This document shows positions 52,766 through 63,069 of a DNA stretch of 64,000 bases, piece by piece. Both the position numbers and the translations under genes were made by a program. How positions within the stretch are numbered: position 1 is the first letter of the stretch; each line of letters begins with the position of its first letter. The notes under the pieces were generated by a model. That model ran no database searches. It saw only the letters and a list, made by a program, of their open reading frames with translations, and was not told where the DNA came from. The DNA comes from Thermoplasmata archaeon (lineage in GTDB: Archaea; Thermoplasmatota; Thermoplasmata; GCA-020350865). The stretch is from assembly GCA_020348445.1 (NCBI GenBank), contig CP070751.1, forward strand, positions 4,392,901 to 4,456,900. The letters are read 5' to 3'.

Positions 52766-54880
52766 TCAGCTGAAGATGAAGTATATAGCAACTATTGTAC
52801 CCATTATGGCTTCTCCAACGATAAGCCCCGTTGCTATCATGTAGGTATCAAGGACCTTGATTGTCTTTTGTTTCTCGGTCCACTTCTCCTTTTTAACCTT
52901 TGGCTCCAGCCATTTTTTCTCCCATATATCCCGCATAGCCCCGCCAAATATCATTGGCGTGGTTAACCAGAGAGGGAAGTACATGCCCAGGCCAATTGCG
53001 GTGCCCATTCCTGTGACGATCTCAAGAAGAACTCCAAGTGCAAAGCCTATTAAAAGAAAGGATACGAGCATGCCCATACTAGATCCACCGAGGAAAGTCT
53101 GCACTATGGTCGCGAATGCGTTTGCCTGAGGAGCTACAAGAGGTAACTCTCCCGAGGCTAAAAGCTCGCTGAACATAACTGCAGCCAAAACAGATGCAAT
53201 GGCTCCTGGTATTATCCCTGTGAGCTCGCCCTTCATGAGATGATAAGGCCTGTTGCCGACATAAAGGCCTGATTTGAAATCCCAGATTATATCCCCCTCC
53301 ATTGAAATCGCCCCAGCAAATACAGTTGTTCCTATGAGGACGATAATTGCAGTGGTTTCCTTGGACAGGCCGAGACCCATGAAGACGAGAATCAGCATGA
53401 TGAGAACGATAAAGGAGGTACCTGAAACAGGTTGGGTTCCTGTTTCCCCCATCACCTTCACTGCTATGGCTCCCAAAGCAAAGGTCGTTGAGACGAGCAC
53501 CAAAGAGAATATCAACGATACAAGTGGATTCGAGCCCTCGAAGCCGAACCAGAACAGGAAGAATACAACAATAAAGGTAATGATCGTCATGGGCCATATA
53601 TGCGTTACAGGCCATTCGTACCATCCCCTGCCTTCGATGAAATCCCTTCTTTTCCCTCCCTTTCTTACCGTGAGAACATCTGACATGGCAGATTTGAATG
53701 TTGGGATCATCTTGAGAAGACCTGTGATACCTGCACCTAATATCGTTCCAACTGCAATGGGTCTTGCAACTTTTGCAAAGGCTGCAATGGCAGGGGAAAA
53801 ACCATAACTTCCCAGGCCAGTATAGAACATGGGTTCGCGATAGATGTTCTGGCTGGCATCAAAAATCGGTACACCGATTAACACAGCCATGGGAACTATG
53901 ATAAACCAGGTGATGAAGGTACCGAGGTTTACAAGAATGGATACCTTAAGCTTCATGAACCATCCCAATCCGATCTGGATGGGGATCAATCCAAATCCAA
54001 TATGTGTGTAAGTGGCATCCTCGTAGGGCTGGATTATATTCCCCTTTTCATACCATGCACCTCCCTTAAAAAGTATATCCATGGATGATGCCTGTGGATT
54101 TGGCATGGCAGGGGTTGAATATGCATTGTAGTAGGCAAAGGATTCATCCATACGCCCAACTGGGAAATCCCTGAAGAAGGTGAAGAGCATGGTAAGGCCA
54201 GTCCATTGTGTAAAGAGCCTAAGAGAACGTCTTGCGGAAACCATCTCTCCTTTGACGATATCGTTGGATATGTCCATCAACTGAAGGTTTGGCTCCCAGC
54301 CAGGCATATGTAACGGATCCTCCACCAACCAAACCCTTCTTAGAATTATGAAGTAAAGTGTTCCTAGAATTCCAGTGAAAATCGTGGCAATCAGGGCCAC
54401 CACAAGAACACTGCCGGGCACAGATTCAATTATATTGGTTCCATCTGCCAATATATAGTCTTCTGTTGTTAAAAGATAGATGGCAGGGAACGTGAAAATA
54501 AAACCTGTTCCAATGTAGGTTGCCCCTGTGGAAGCTCCCCCTGCAACATTGATATCGCATGGATGCCATTTCAACGCGGCTCCAATGAGGTACATAATGT
54601 ACCAACCTCCCGAAATGGCAATTCCCACCTTGAGACCCACGTAAGTGGTTATAACAGCAAAGATGGTACCAAGAATTATACCCACCGCTACCTTTTTCCA
54701 GATGAACCTCGAGCGGGAAAAACTCTCCTTCCTGTTCTTTTCCTCGAAGTACTCCTCTAAAACGCCGGTGTTGAGGTTGCTCCACACCTCTTTATCCATG
54801 TAATCGAGGGTGCCTTTTTCTATCTTTTCCAAACCTGCTGCAGTGGGGGCCTCCCTGTACACTGATTTTTTAACAGCCAA
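52766..54880 (-). CDS. OPT/YSL-family oligopeptide transporter (copy 1)
   Basis: YVGLKVGIAIS, FTFPAI, GETGTQPVSG, DFKSGLYVG, APQANAFA; many TM segments. Confidence 0.9.
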   Translation of the reverse strand: MAVKKSVYREAPTAAGLEKIEKGTLDYMDKEVWSNLNTGVLEEYFEEKNRKESFSRSRFIWKKVAVGIILGTIFAVITTYVGLKVGIAISGGWYIMYLIGAALKWHPCDINVAGGASTGATYIGTGFIFTFPAIYLLTTEDYILADGTNIIESVPGSVLVVALIATIFTGILGTLYFIILRRVWLVEDPLHMPGWEPNLQLMDISNDIVKGEMVSARRSLRLFTQWTGLTMLFTFFRDFPVGRMDESFAYYNAYSTPAMPNPQASSMDILFKGGAWYEKGNIIQPYEDATYTHIGFGLIPIQIGLGWFMKLKVSILVNLGTFITWFIIVPMAVLIGVPIFDASQNIYREPMFYTGLGSYGFSPAIAAFAKVARPIAVGTILGAGITGLLKMIPTFKSAMSDVLTVRKGGKRRDFIEGRGWYEWPVTHIWPMTIITFIVVFFLFWFGFEGSNPLVSLIFSLVLVSTTFALGAIAVKVMGETGTQPVSGTSFIVLIMLILVFMGLGLSKETTAIIVLIGTTVFAGAISMEGDIIWDFKSGLYVGNRPYHLMKGELTGIIPGAIASVLAAVMFSELLASGELPLVAPQANAFATIVQTFLGGSSMGMLVSFLLIGFALGVLLEIVTGMGTAIGLGMYFPLWLTTPMIFGGAMRDIWEKKWLEPKVKKEKWTEKQKTIKVLDTYMIATGLIVGEAIMGTIVAIYFIFS

Positions 54881-54974
54881 ATGGATTCCCTCTTAGAAAC
54901 GGGTGAATTACCCAAGTTAATTCATTAAAGATACTTAAAACTTTCACGGTGTTCCTAAAACGAAAGTTGTCTGT

Positions 54975-57026
54975 CTAACCCCCACCAGTAATAAGAGGAA
55001 TGACGAGATAAATCGCAATTATGGTTCCCATGATAGCCTCCCCCACAATGAGACCCGTGGCCATCATATACGTTTGAAGTAATTTCAAGGTCTTCTGTTT
55101 TTCAGACCAGTTCTTTTCCTTGGCCTCGGGCTCCAGCTTTTTCCTCTGCCACCATTCCCTAAGTCCTCCACCAATTATTAAGTTCACAGTTAAGGAAAAT
55201 GGAAGGTACATTCCCAGGCCAAAGGCTGTCCCCATACCAGTCATCAGCTCTGCAAAAACTCCTATTCCTATGCCAATCAAAATCCAGTCCCAGGGAGCAT
55301 TTCCCACTATGATTTGGGTGAAGGTGGCAAAAGCATGTGCCTGGGGAGCCTCCAGGTTCAAGACAGGTGTTCCGTCTGCTTTCATTGTGGAAAGACCCAC
55401 CGATAATATTATGGCTCCAACTGCGGCCACAATGGCGCCAAAGGGTATGGCCGTGAGTTCTGCTTTTGACAGATGGTAGGGTCTGGTTCCAGTGTAAACT
55501 CCGATTTTAAAGTCGAAAATGATATCAGCTGAGAGCGATAAGGCCGTGCCAAAGACAGTGGTGCCGATTAAAGCCATTATCAATGCTGTGGAGGTATCTG
55601 TACCGATTATCTTGAAAACCACGATCAATATTGTTAGAACAATAAAGGATGTGCCCGATACAGGAGTGGTTCCGATCTCACCCATAACCTTTACGCCTAT
55701 TGCACCTAGAACAAAGGTAACCACAATCAATAGAATGCCTATTATAAGGGACTCCAAAATTGGAAAACCACCCACACCAGCAAACATGATCACCACACTT
55801 ATTATCACAACCACCCACATAACAGGGATTTGTGTCATGGGCCACTCGAACCATCCCTTATCCTTTACATAGTCTGTTCTTCCCTCAGTTCCCTTACCTA
55901 GTTTCATAACATCTCCCATTGCAGTTTTAAACACCTTCGCCATTTTTAATAAGGCAGTTACCCCTCCGCCTAAAATAGCACCTATTGCAATGGGCCTTGC
56001 CACCCTGCCTGCAGCAACGAAAGCAGGTCGCGCTGCATCCTGGACAGCAAAATAATCTGTTGTCCCCGGAATCCAGATGGGTACATTGAAACCCACGGCC
56101 ATGGGAACGATAACGAACCATGTGAATATTGAGCCGGATGCAACCAGAAAAGCAGTCCTAAGCCTCATGAACCAGCCTATGGCAATTTCGATTGGGATAA
56201 GGGCCCACCCGAAAAAGGTATATGTGGCATAGGGATGCATTATCAGCCCTTCATGATAATAATCTCCACCAAATACATTATCCAAGGCAGATTTATCGTT
56301 GCTTACAGGAAAATCTCTCAGGAATGTGAAGGCCATTGTGCCTCCTGTCCACATGGCTACTGTTCTAATGGATTTCTTTGCCTGATCAACTGCACCTCTG
56401 GATCTGTCATTTGCAATATCCATGAGTTTGACATAGGCCTGAAAGCCAGGAACAGGCAATGGATCTTCAACAAGCCAGATTCTCCGAAAAATAGTAAAAT
56501 ATAAAACACCCAAAAGGCCACCTAAAATGGCGCATATCATTGCCACTGCAATGGGAGGTACCATTGCCTGTGAAATCAAATAGGTATCTTCCCCCATCGC
56601 ATAATCAGGATGCTGCATCAAAAGGTATATTGCAGGGAATGTGAACACAAATCCTGTACATGTGGAGGAGGCTCCAGTGCTTGCCCCTGATGCAAGGTTG
56701 CATTCTGTTGGATGCCATTTTAGAGCCATTCCTATGAGGTTGACTATATACCAGTTTCCGGCAACTATTATCCCCACCTTTAAGCCGACATACTGGTTGA
56801 TCAACGCGAAAATGATGCCAATAAATATTCCAAATAAAACGTTTTTCCATCTCCATTTGGATCTATAGAACCCCTCGGATCTTGTCTTTTCATTCAGGTA
56901 CTGCTCCAATGCACCTGTGTTGAGATTAGACCACATCTCATCATCAAAATACTCCATTGTCCCTTCTTCGAGTTTTTTTATGCCATCTGCTGAAAGCGGT
57001 TGTCGATATATGGATTTTATAGGCAT
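54975..57026 (-). CDS. OPT/YSL-family oligopeptide transporter (copy 2)
   Basis: YVGLKVG, FTFPAI, GEIGTTPVSG, DFKIGVYTG, APQAHAFA; start set at ATG 57026. Confidence 0.9.
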   Translation of the reverse strand: MPIKSIYRQPLSADGIKKLEEGTMEYFDDEMWSNLNTGALEQYLNEKTRSEGFYRSKWRWKNVLFGIFIGIIFALINQYVGLKVGIIVAGNWYIVNLIGMALKWHPTECNLASGASTGASSTCTGFVFTFPAIYLLMQHPDYAMGEDTYLISQAMVPPIAVAMICAILGGLLGVLYFTIFRRIWLVEDPLPVPGFQAYVKLMDIANDRSRGAVDQAKKSIRTVAMWTGGTMAFTFLRDFPVSNDKSALDNVFGGDYYHEGLIMHPYATYTFFGWALIPIEIAIGWFMRLRTAFLVASGSIFTWFVIVPMAVGFNVPIWIPGTTDYFAVQDAARPAFVAAGRVARPIAIGAILGGGVTALLKMAKVFKTAMGDVMKLGKGTEGRTDYVKDKGWFEWPMTQIPVMWVVVIISVVIMFAGVGGFPILESLIIGILLIVVTFVLGAIGVKVMGEIGTTPVSGTSFIVLTILIVVFKIIGTDTSTALIMALIGTTVFGTALSLSADIIFDFKIGVYTGTRPYHLSKAELTAIPFGAIVAAVGAIILSVGLSTMKADGTPVLNLEAPQAHAFATFTQIIVGNAPWDWILIGIGIGVFAELMTGMGTAFGLGMYLPFSLTVNLIIGGGLREWWQRKKLEPEAKEKNWSEKQKTLKLLQTYMMATGLIVGEAIMGTIIAIYLVIPLITGGG

Positions 57027-57247
57027 TTTATGTCCCTTCTGAAGACAATGGGATATTCTGTAGTAATCCAATACCTGTACTTAAGTTTTATTCGCAAAAA
57101 ACAAGGATTTCCTCGGTATTTTCTCCCCCGTATAGGCGATAAGAGTTAAGAAATCATTTTATCGAGCGCAATTTCTATTTCGCCATATCCAGTATTATAA
57201 CCTATTACCCGTAAATTGTAATAATAATGATTACAATTACTTTGAAT

Positions 57248-57424
57248 ATGGAGCATTTGATTTTCGGTATTGTCACCCTTGTAATCGCACTTGTCTTTGG
57301 AATCGTTCTCGGGGGCTATGCTAAGTATGTCAAAAGGGATAGAAAATTGACCCAGACATTTTCCTTTGTGGCAATTATTGCAACCATTGCCTTCATAATT
57401 TGGGTCTGGTTGTACCTGGAGTGA
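57248..57424 (+). CDS. Small two-TM membrane protein (58 aa)
   Basis: MEHLIFGIVTLVIALVFGIVLGG...FVAIIATIAFIIWVWLYLE. Confidence 0.7.
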   Translation: MEHLIFGIVTLVIALVFGIVLGGYAKYVKRDRKLTQTFSFVAIIATIAFIIWVWLYLE

Positions 57425-57430
57425 TGTTAA

Positions 57431-57904
57431 ATGGATTTAAAAAACCTCGATCCAAAAATGCAGATGCTCCTTTTATGCAAACCCAAAAGAAACGAGGCTG
57501 TAAAGTGGGAAGAAGAGGATGACAGAATCATATTGATTTACCCAAAGAATTTCACTCGCTTTGAGCGATTCTTGCACCGCCATATCGGAGGTCCAGGGAC
57601 TATACGAAGACCCTTGGACGACAAGGGTACATTTATATGGAGGATGTGCGATGGAGACCACAATGTCCATGATATCTGCCAGGCCTCTTACAATGAGTTC
57701 AAGGAGGACATCGAACCTGTATTAAGGAGGGTCTGGGGATTTCTGGAGATCCTGTTGAAACTCAATCTTATAATAATGGAAACGCCAAAGAAAAAAAAGG
57801 ATGATGAAAAGGAAACTGATGTGAAAGAAGAATTGGTTGAAAAAGAAGATTTAGGCGAAAAAGATAAAAATGGTGAGAAAAATGAACAAGGAGAAAAAGA
57901 ATAA
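57431..57904 (+). CDS. PqqD-family / RRE-like protein with a charged tail
   Basis: LDDKGTFIWRMCDGDHNVHDIC....F..D.E....RV..FL..L.K.NLI matches the PqqD winged-helix pattern. Confidence 0.8.
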   Translation: MDLKNLDPKMQMLLLCKPKRNEAVKWEEEDDRIILIYPKNFTRFERFLHRHIGGPGTIRRPLDDKGTFIWRMCDGDHNVHDICQASYNEFKEDIEPVLRRVWGFLEILLKLNLIIMETPKKKKDDEKETDVKEELVEKEDLGEKDKNGEKNEQGEKE

Positions 57905-58052
57905 TATCCAGCGTAAGGTGCTTAGATGTCCACAGTGTGGGGGTACTAACATAATCTACGAGACCGCGCTTATTACAGGATATAAATATCATTGCAAGGA
58001 TTGCGATTATATGGGTGCTTTAATAATTGAGGAGGATGTAACAGAACCATAA
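57870..58052 (+). CDS. Small Zn-finger protein
   Basis: CPQC...YHCKDCDY.GALIIEE; start may be ATG 57882. Confidence 0.75.
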   Translation: MVRKMNKEKKNNIQRKVLRCPQCGGTNIIYETALITGYKYHCKDCDYMGALIIEEDVTEP

Positions 58053-58120
58053 TCAGTATTCTTTCAGAAAGATTTAAGATATCCTAATGTCTATTCGTTA
58101 ATGCGCAAAAGGAGGATATC

Positions 58121-58642
58121 TTGATGGGGAACGGTATTCACTACCGTAATGAAGGGATATATAGAAAATACAGTACATTAGCTGTATGGCTTGTTATCAT
58201 CTCCATAATCCTGGGAGGGATGCTCTCTTTTTCACGACAAGTGTTGGCAGATGATGGCGATTCAGAGGATAACGAAGATTCTGAGGATGAAGATATATTT
58301 GATCTATCCAAATCCCAGATTCTATTGATTTTGGTATTTTTGGTCATTATTCTGCTTATAATAATTATTATACTCCAATTATTTGATACAAAACAATCTG
58401 AAGAACAGGCGATTAAAGAAGATGAGGAATCGGAGAAAGAACAGATTGAGGAGGAAATCCGATGCCCAGAATGCAGTGCATTAGTTGGTTTAACAGAGAC
58501 TGAGTGCCCCTCCTGTGGAATTGAATTTGAGGAGGAAGAAGAAGGGCTTGTGGAGGAAGAGGAACCCGATTATGAGGAAAGTGAAGATATTGACGATGAA
58601 GATGATTATCTCTCGGACGAAGAAATAGAAGAGGTGGAATAA
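58121..58642 (+). CDS. Membrane protein with a cytoplasmic Zn ribbon and acidic tail
   Basis: Signal/TM, second TM ILLILVFLVIILLIIIIIL, CPEC...CPSC, D/E-rich end. Confidence 0.75.
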   Translation: MMGNGIHYRNEGIYRKYSTLAVWLVIISIILGGMLSFSRQVLADDGDSEDNEDSEDEDIFDLSKSQILLILVFLVIILLIIIIILQLFDTKQSEEQAIKEDEESEKEQIEEEIRCPECSALVGLTETECPSCGIEFEEEEEGLVEEEEPDYEESEDIDDEDDYLSDEEIEEVE

Positions 58643-58643
58643 A

Positions 58644-60119
58644 ATGAAAAAAGAACTTACACAAACTATTTTGCTTGTGTGTGTCCTTGTATTGTGTCTT
58701 GGCATCGTCCTTGTCGTGGCATCTGATACTGATGAGGATGAAAAAGAAGAGAAAGAGGTTCATACTCACACCCACGAGGAGTATGTGGACAAAGCAGGAG
58801 ATACCATGACCGGGGATTTGGTGGTGGAAAACCTACATGCAAATGAAGGGATTATGGGTGATGGTAACGGTCTTCGCAATTTGAATGCGAGCATGATAAA
58901 TACCGGTACTATTAACGTGGCAAGACTCCCCTCCAATATCAACGCCGATACCTTGGATGGCCTTCATTCTTCAGGATTTGCATTGGTTGTCCATGATCAT
59001 GATGGTTCATATTATACTAAGACTGAATCAGATGCCAAATATGCTTTGGTGAGTCATTCACATCCTTCAACTGGAGATGCTGATACCTTGGATGGATATG
59101 ATTCAACTTATTTTGCCAACACAACACACACTCATCCACCAGGTGATGCTGCTACTCTGGATGGATATGATTCAGGTTACTTTGCCATTGCTTCTCATAA
59201 CCACGATTCTAGTTATTATCTAAGAACCGAAGTTGATTCAAATTTCCTGGGTCTTAGTGGTGGGACTTTGGTTGGTGATTTGAATTTGCCTAACCTGTAT
59301 GTAAGCGGTGTATTAAGTGGTGATGGGAGTGCTCTTACAAACTTGAATGCAAGCGCAATTACAAGTGGTACCATCGGAATAGCTAGACTTCCTCCGAATA
59401 TAAATGCAGATACTCTGGATAATTATGATTCAACAGATTTTGTTTTGACAACTGATTTTTCAATTCATACAGGAAATCAAAATGCTCACCATAGTAAATA
59501 TACAGATGCAGATGCAGTGGCAGCATGCTCTGGTATCTTTGCTCAAATAGCTCATACTCACAATGCAACCCATATAACTGAAGGGGAATTGGATGAGGCC
59601 AGACTTCCCCAATTATCCATAAATGATACTCAAATTGAAACTGGATTCGGTTTGGTCCCTAGCGGTGCAATAATAATGTGGAACGGAACCACGATACCAG
59701 ATGGTTGGGTTTTATGCAATGGATCCGCCGGTACCCCTGACTTAAGGAGCATGTTCATAGTTGGCTATGATCCAAATGATCCAGATTACAGTTCAATAGG
59801 TTTTACGGGCGGCGAAAAAAGTCATTTATTATTGACAAACGAGATGCCCGCCCATACTCATTCTATCACAGGTACCACTTCTATGGATGGGGATCATAAT
59901 CATGGCTACGATGATAGATATGGTACAGGCACTCGAGAGATTACACCAGCCATAGGTGTGTTTGTTCGTGATGATGCATATACCACAGAACCTAAAACAA
60001 CAAACAATGCGGGAGATCACTCCCATACTGTCACTGGCTCTGCACTTACTACAGGGGGAAGTCAAGCCCACGAGAACAGGCCCCCTTACTATGTCCTGGC
60101 ATTTATAATGAAGCTTTAA
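58644..60119 (+). CDS. Exported tail-fibre-like protein with a phage tail-collar domain
   Basis: Signal peptide; four (N/D)AxTLD(G/N) repeats; many HxH motifs; collar motif VPSGAIIMWNG..IPDGWVLCNG..GTPDLRSMFIVG; end HENRPPYYVLAFIMK. Confidence 0.85.
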   Translation: MKKELTQTILLVCVLVLCLGIVLVVASDTDEDEKEEKEVHTHTHEEYVDKAGDTMTGDLVVENLHANEGIMGDGNGLRNLNASMINTGTINVARLPSNINADTLDGLHSSGFALVVHDHDGSYYTKTESDAKYALVSHSHPSTGDADTLDGYDSTYFANTTHTHPPGDAATLDGYDSGYFAIASHNHDSSYYLRTEVDSNFLGLSGGTLVGDLNLPNLYVSGVLSGDGSALTNLNASAITSGTIGIARLPPNINADTLDNYDSTDFVLTTDFSIHTGNQNAHHSKYTDADAVAACSGIFAQIAHTHNATHITEGELDEARLPQLSINDTQIETGFGLVPSGAIIMWNGTTIPDGWVLCNGSAGTPDLRSMFIVGYDPNDPDYSSIGFTGGEKSHLLLTNEMPAHTHSITGTTSMDGDHNHGYDDRYGTGTREITPAIGVFVRDDAYTTEPKTTNNAGDHSHTVTGSALTTGGSQAHENRPPYYVLAFIMKL

Positions 60120-60221
60120 ATAATAGCTGTTCAAATCAAAGGTAAAATAGTTATTAATATATACCTCAGTCACATTCTACTAACACTTTAACTTATGTAT
60201 TCGTGATCAGGGGAGAAATAC

Positions 60222-62192
60222 ATGGCCGAAGAGCAGGCCCAGGAATCTGAAAAGACAATAGAATCAATGCTCGCCGAGGGGAGGAAGTTCCCTCCAAGCG
60301 ACGACTTTAGAAACAGAGCCAACATAAAAAGCATGGAAGAATACCAGAAATTGTACGATCGCTCTGTTGCCGAGCCCGAGAAATTCTGGGCAGAGATGGC
60401 AGAGGAGCTGTATTGGTTTCGCAAGTGGGATTCGGTCCTTTTGTGGGATCCACCCTTTGCCAAATGGTTCGAGGGTGGTGAGACAAACGTATCCTTCAAC
60501 TGCCTGGACCGCCATTTGAAGACCTGGAGAAAGAACAAGGCCGCAATAATCTGGGAAGGGGAGCCTGGCGATAGTAGAATATTCACATATCATCAGCTTC
60601 ACAGAGAGGTGTGCAAGTTCGCAAACGTATTGAAGAAACATGAGGTTGTAAAAGGTGATAGGGTGTGCCTCTACATGCCCATGATTCCAGAGCTTGCCAT
60701 TGCAATGCTCGCATGCACCAGAATAGGTGCAGTTCACAGCATAGTATTTGGAGGCTTTTCTTCTGACGCACTCAGGGATAGGATCCAGGATAGCGGGGCA
60801 AAGCTCGTCGTAACAAGCGATGGCAGCTTTAGAAGAGGAAAAAGAATACCTTTAAAATCCAACACAGACAGAGCAGTTTCTGTGTGTCCCTCAGTTGAGA
60901 ATGTAATTGTTGTAAACAGGACAAATCTTGAAGTCCGTATGAAAGGACAGCGGGATCACTGGTGGCATGATGTTATGGAGGGGGAATCAGCAGAATGCCC
61001 TCCAACACATATGGAATCCGAGGACCCTCTGTTCATTCTCTATACAAGCGGCACCACGGGAAAGCCCAAGGGTGTGCTTCACACCACTGCTGGATATCTT
61101 CTATATGTGCACATGACTTCAAAATGGGTGTTCGATCTAAAAGAGGAAGACACCTACTGGTGCACAGCCGATATAGGATGGGTAACAGGACACAGCTACA
61201 TCGTCTACGGTCCTCTCTCCAATGGAGCAGCCAGTATAATGTTCGAGGGAGTACCCAACTATCCTTCGCCAGACAGATTCTGGGGTATCGTTGAAAAATA
61301 TGGAGTAAATATATTCTATACTGCTCCAACTGCAATTCGAGCTATAATGAAGGACGGGGATGAATGGCCAGCAAGACATGATTTAAGAAGTCTGAGACTT
61401 CTTGGCAGTGTGGGAGAACCCATAAATCCAGAAGCCTGGATTTGGTACTATAAGGTCATAGGAAAAGAACGCTGCCCCATAGTTGATACATGGTGGCAAA
61501 CAGAGACAGGCGGAATTCTGATATCCCCATTACCGGGGGCAATGGATATCAAACCAGGCTCAGCTGCAAGGCCGATTCCAGGGGTGGTTCCGGTCATTCT
61601 CAGGGAAGATGGAAGTGAGGTGGGAGCAAACGAGGGGGGATATCTTGTTATCAAACAGCCTTGGCCAGGCATGCTCAGGACGCTTTACAAGGACCCTGAT
61701 AGATTCAAGGAGGTTTATTTCAGCAAATATCCTGGATTCTACTTTACAGGAGACGGAGCCAGATTTGACGAAGAGGGCGATTTCTGGCTCATGGGAAGAA
61801 TCGATGATGTTATCAACGTCTCTGGCCACCGCATTGGAACAATGGAGGTGGAGAGCGCCTTGGTGAGCCACGATGTTGTGGCTGAAGCAGCAGTTGTTCC
61901 CATGCCCCATGAGATCAAAGGCCAAGGATTGTATGCCTTTGTCATCCTAAAGGAGGATGTCCAGAAGGAAGAATCCCTAAAAAAACTACTTCGCGCCCAC
62001 GTTTCAAAAGAAATAGGCCCCATTGCCAAGCCAGATAAAATTCAATTTGCAGATGCACTCCCAAAAACAAGAAGCGGAAAGATCATGAGGAGAATTCTGA
62101 AAGTGGTTGCTAGTGGAGAAGAAGACTGCGGTGATACAACCACCCTGGCAGATCCCTCGGTGGTGGACAGATTGTTAAGAGATAGGGTATAA
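60222..62192 (+). CDS. acs: AMP-forming acetyl-CoA synthetase
   Basis: [30 protein letters not shown], acetylatable [11 protein letters not shown]. Confidence 0.96.
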   Translation: MAEEQAQESEKTIESMLAEGRKFPPSDDFRNRANIKSMEEYQKLYDRSVAEPEKFWAEMAEELYWFRKWDSVLLWDPPFAKWFEGGETNVSFNCLDRHLKTWRKNKAAIIWEGEPGDSRIFTYHQLHREVCKFANVLKKHEVVKGDRVCLYMPMIPELAIAMLACTRIGAVHSIVFGGFSSDALRDRIQDSGAKLVVTSDGSFRRGKRIPLKSNTDRAVSVCPSVENVIVVNRTNLEVRMKGQRDHWWHDVMEGESAECPPTHMESEDPLFILYTSGTTGKPKGVLHTTAGYLLYVHMTSKWVFDLKEEDTYWCTADIGWVTGHSYIVYGPLSNGAASIMFEGVPNYPSPDRFWGIVEKYGVNIFYTAPTAIRAIMKDGDEWPARHDLRSLRLLGSVGEPINPEAWIWYYKVIGKERCPIVDTWWQTETGGILISPLPGAMDIKPGSAARPIPGVVPVILREDGSEVGANEGGYLVIKQPWPGMLRTLYKDPDRFKEVYFSKYPGFYFTGDGARFDEEGDFWLMGRIDDVINVSGHRIGTMEVESALVSHDVVAEAAVVPMPHEIKGQGLYAFVILKEDVQKEESLKKLLRAHVSKEIGPIAKPDKIQFADALPKTRSGKIMRRILKVVASGEEDCGDTTTLADPSVVDRLLRDRV

Positions 62193-62211
62193 AGAACTTG
62201 TAGGTGATAGC

Positions 62212-62904
62212 ATGATGTTGATAGTAAGGTTGATTGTCAAGGAAAATCCAGAGAAGGTGTGGAGCTTTCTTGTAAAGAACCTCAAAGGAAAAGAGACCAA
62301 GAAGGTAAAACCTCTGTATGTATCTCAGCTTCACGGAAAGAACTACATGGGTGTAATCTTCGATGTTGAGAAGATCGACTACATAGTCAAGTTCCTAGTT
62401 CAGCAGATAGGAGGCTGTGAAGAGATAGAAGACACCCAAACCTTGACTCTCATGAAACCTGTATTTTTACCAATTCCAAAGGACAGACCTGAAAATCTTT
62501 GCAGGTTCACCATACACATCAAAGTCGAGCCGCGATATTATCATGATGTGTACAACGAGCTTTTGGATTACAAATACGAAACCAGTGTGTTTCCAACTTA
62601 TGTGGCCTACTCACTGGGAGATTTCGATATAGTTGTTTCAATGCTTGGAGAGGGGATAGATAAGGTGAAGAGCTTTGCAGAAAAAGTCCTTGGCAATATA
62701 AAAGGTGTGGCAGAATTTAAGATATATCCAATAGAAAGATCCGAGCATTTGGCAAGCACTGATACATGGAGAAGACTGCAAAGAAGCCTCCTTCACATTC
62801 CTCCGTGGGTGGGAAAGGATCTAAAAAAACATTTTCTGTACGATTATGAGCTCTCAGTCGAGGATTACTGCAAATTAACGGGTGCTATGATAGACGAATT
62901 ATAA
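62212..62904 (+). CDS. Protein with two Lrp/AsnC-ligand-binding-like (ferredoxin-like) domains and no HTH
   Basis: Two beta-alpha-beta-beta-alpha-beta-like units; YSLGDFDIVVSM...I.KV..F...VL..I.GV matches the Lrp effector-domain pattern. Confidence 0.55.
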   Translation: MMLIVRLIVKENPEKVWSFLVKNLKGKETKKVKPLYVSQLHGKNYMGVIFDVEKIDYIVKFLVQQIGGCEEIEDTQTLTLMKPVFLPIPKDRPENLCRFTIHIKVEPRYYHDVYNELLDYKYETSVFPTYVAYSLGDFDIVVSMLGEGIDKVKSFAEKVLGNIKGVAEFKIYPIERSEHLASTDTWRRLQRSLLHIPPWVGKDLKKHFLYDYELSVEDYCKLTGAMIDEL

Positions 62905-62919
62905 GATGTGTACTCTTAT

Positions 62920-63069
62920 TTAGGCCCCGTCTATGAGTTCTTTCTGTTGCTTGCTCCAGACTTCATTCGGTGTTTTTTTCAACCATTCAACATACAAGTC
63001 AATGAACTTCAAACGTTCCTCGAAATTCCGTTTTCTATCTTCCTCCAATTCCTTTAAATCGAGTTTCAA
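62920..63069 (-). CDS. 49-aa helical microprotein coupled to the nucleotidyltransferase
   Basis: TTG start overlapping the upstream TGA (TTGA); MKLDLKELEEDRKRNFEERLKFIDLYVEWLKKTPNEVWSKQQKELIDGA*. Confidence 0.7.
   Translation of the reverse strand: MKLDLKELEEDRKRNFEERLKFIDLYVEWLKKTPNEVWSKQQKELIDGA

Noticed and set aside
58121-60119. Prophage
   Set aside because: There is only one fibre gene, with no capsid, terminase, portal, integrase or att pair nearby.
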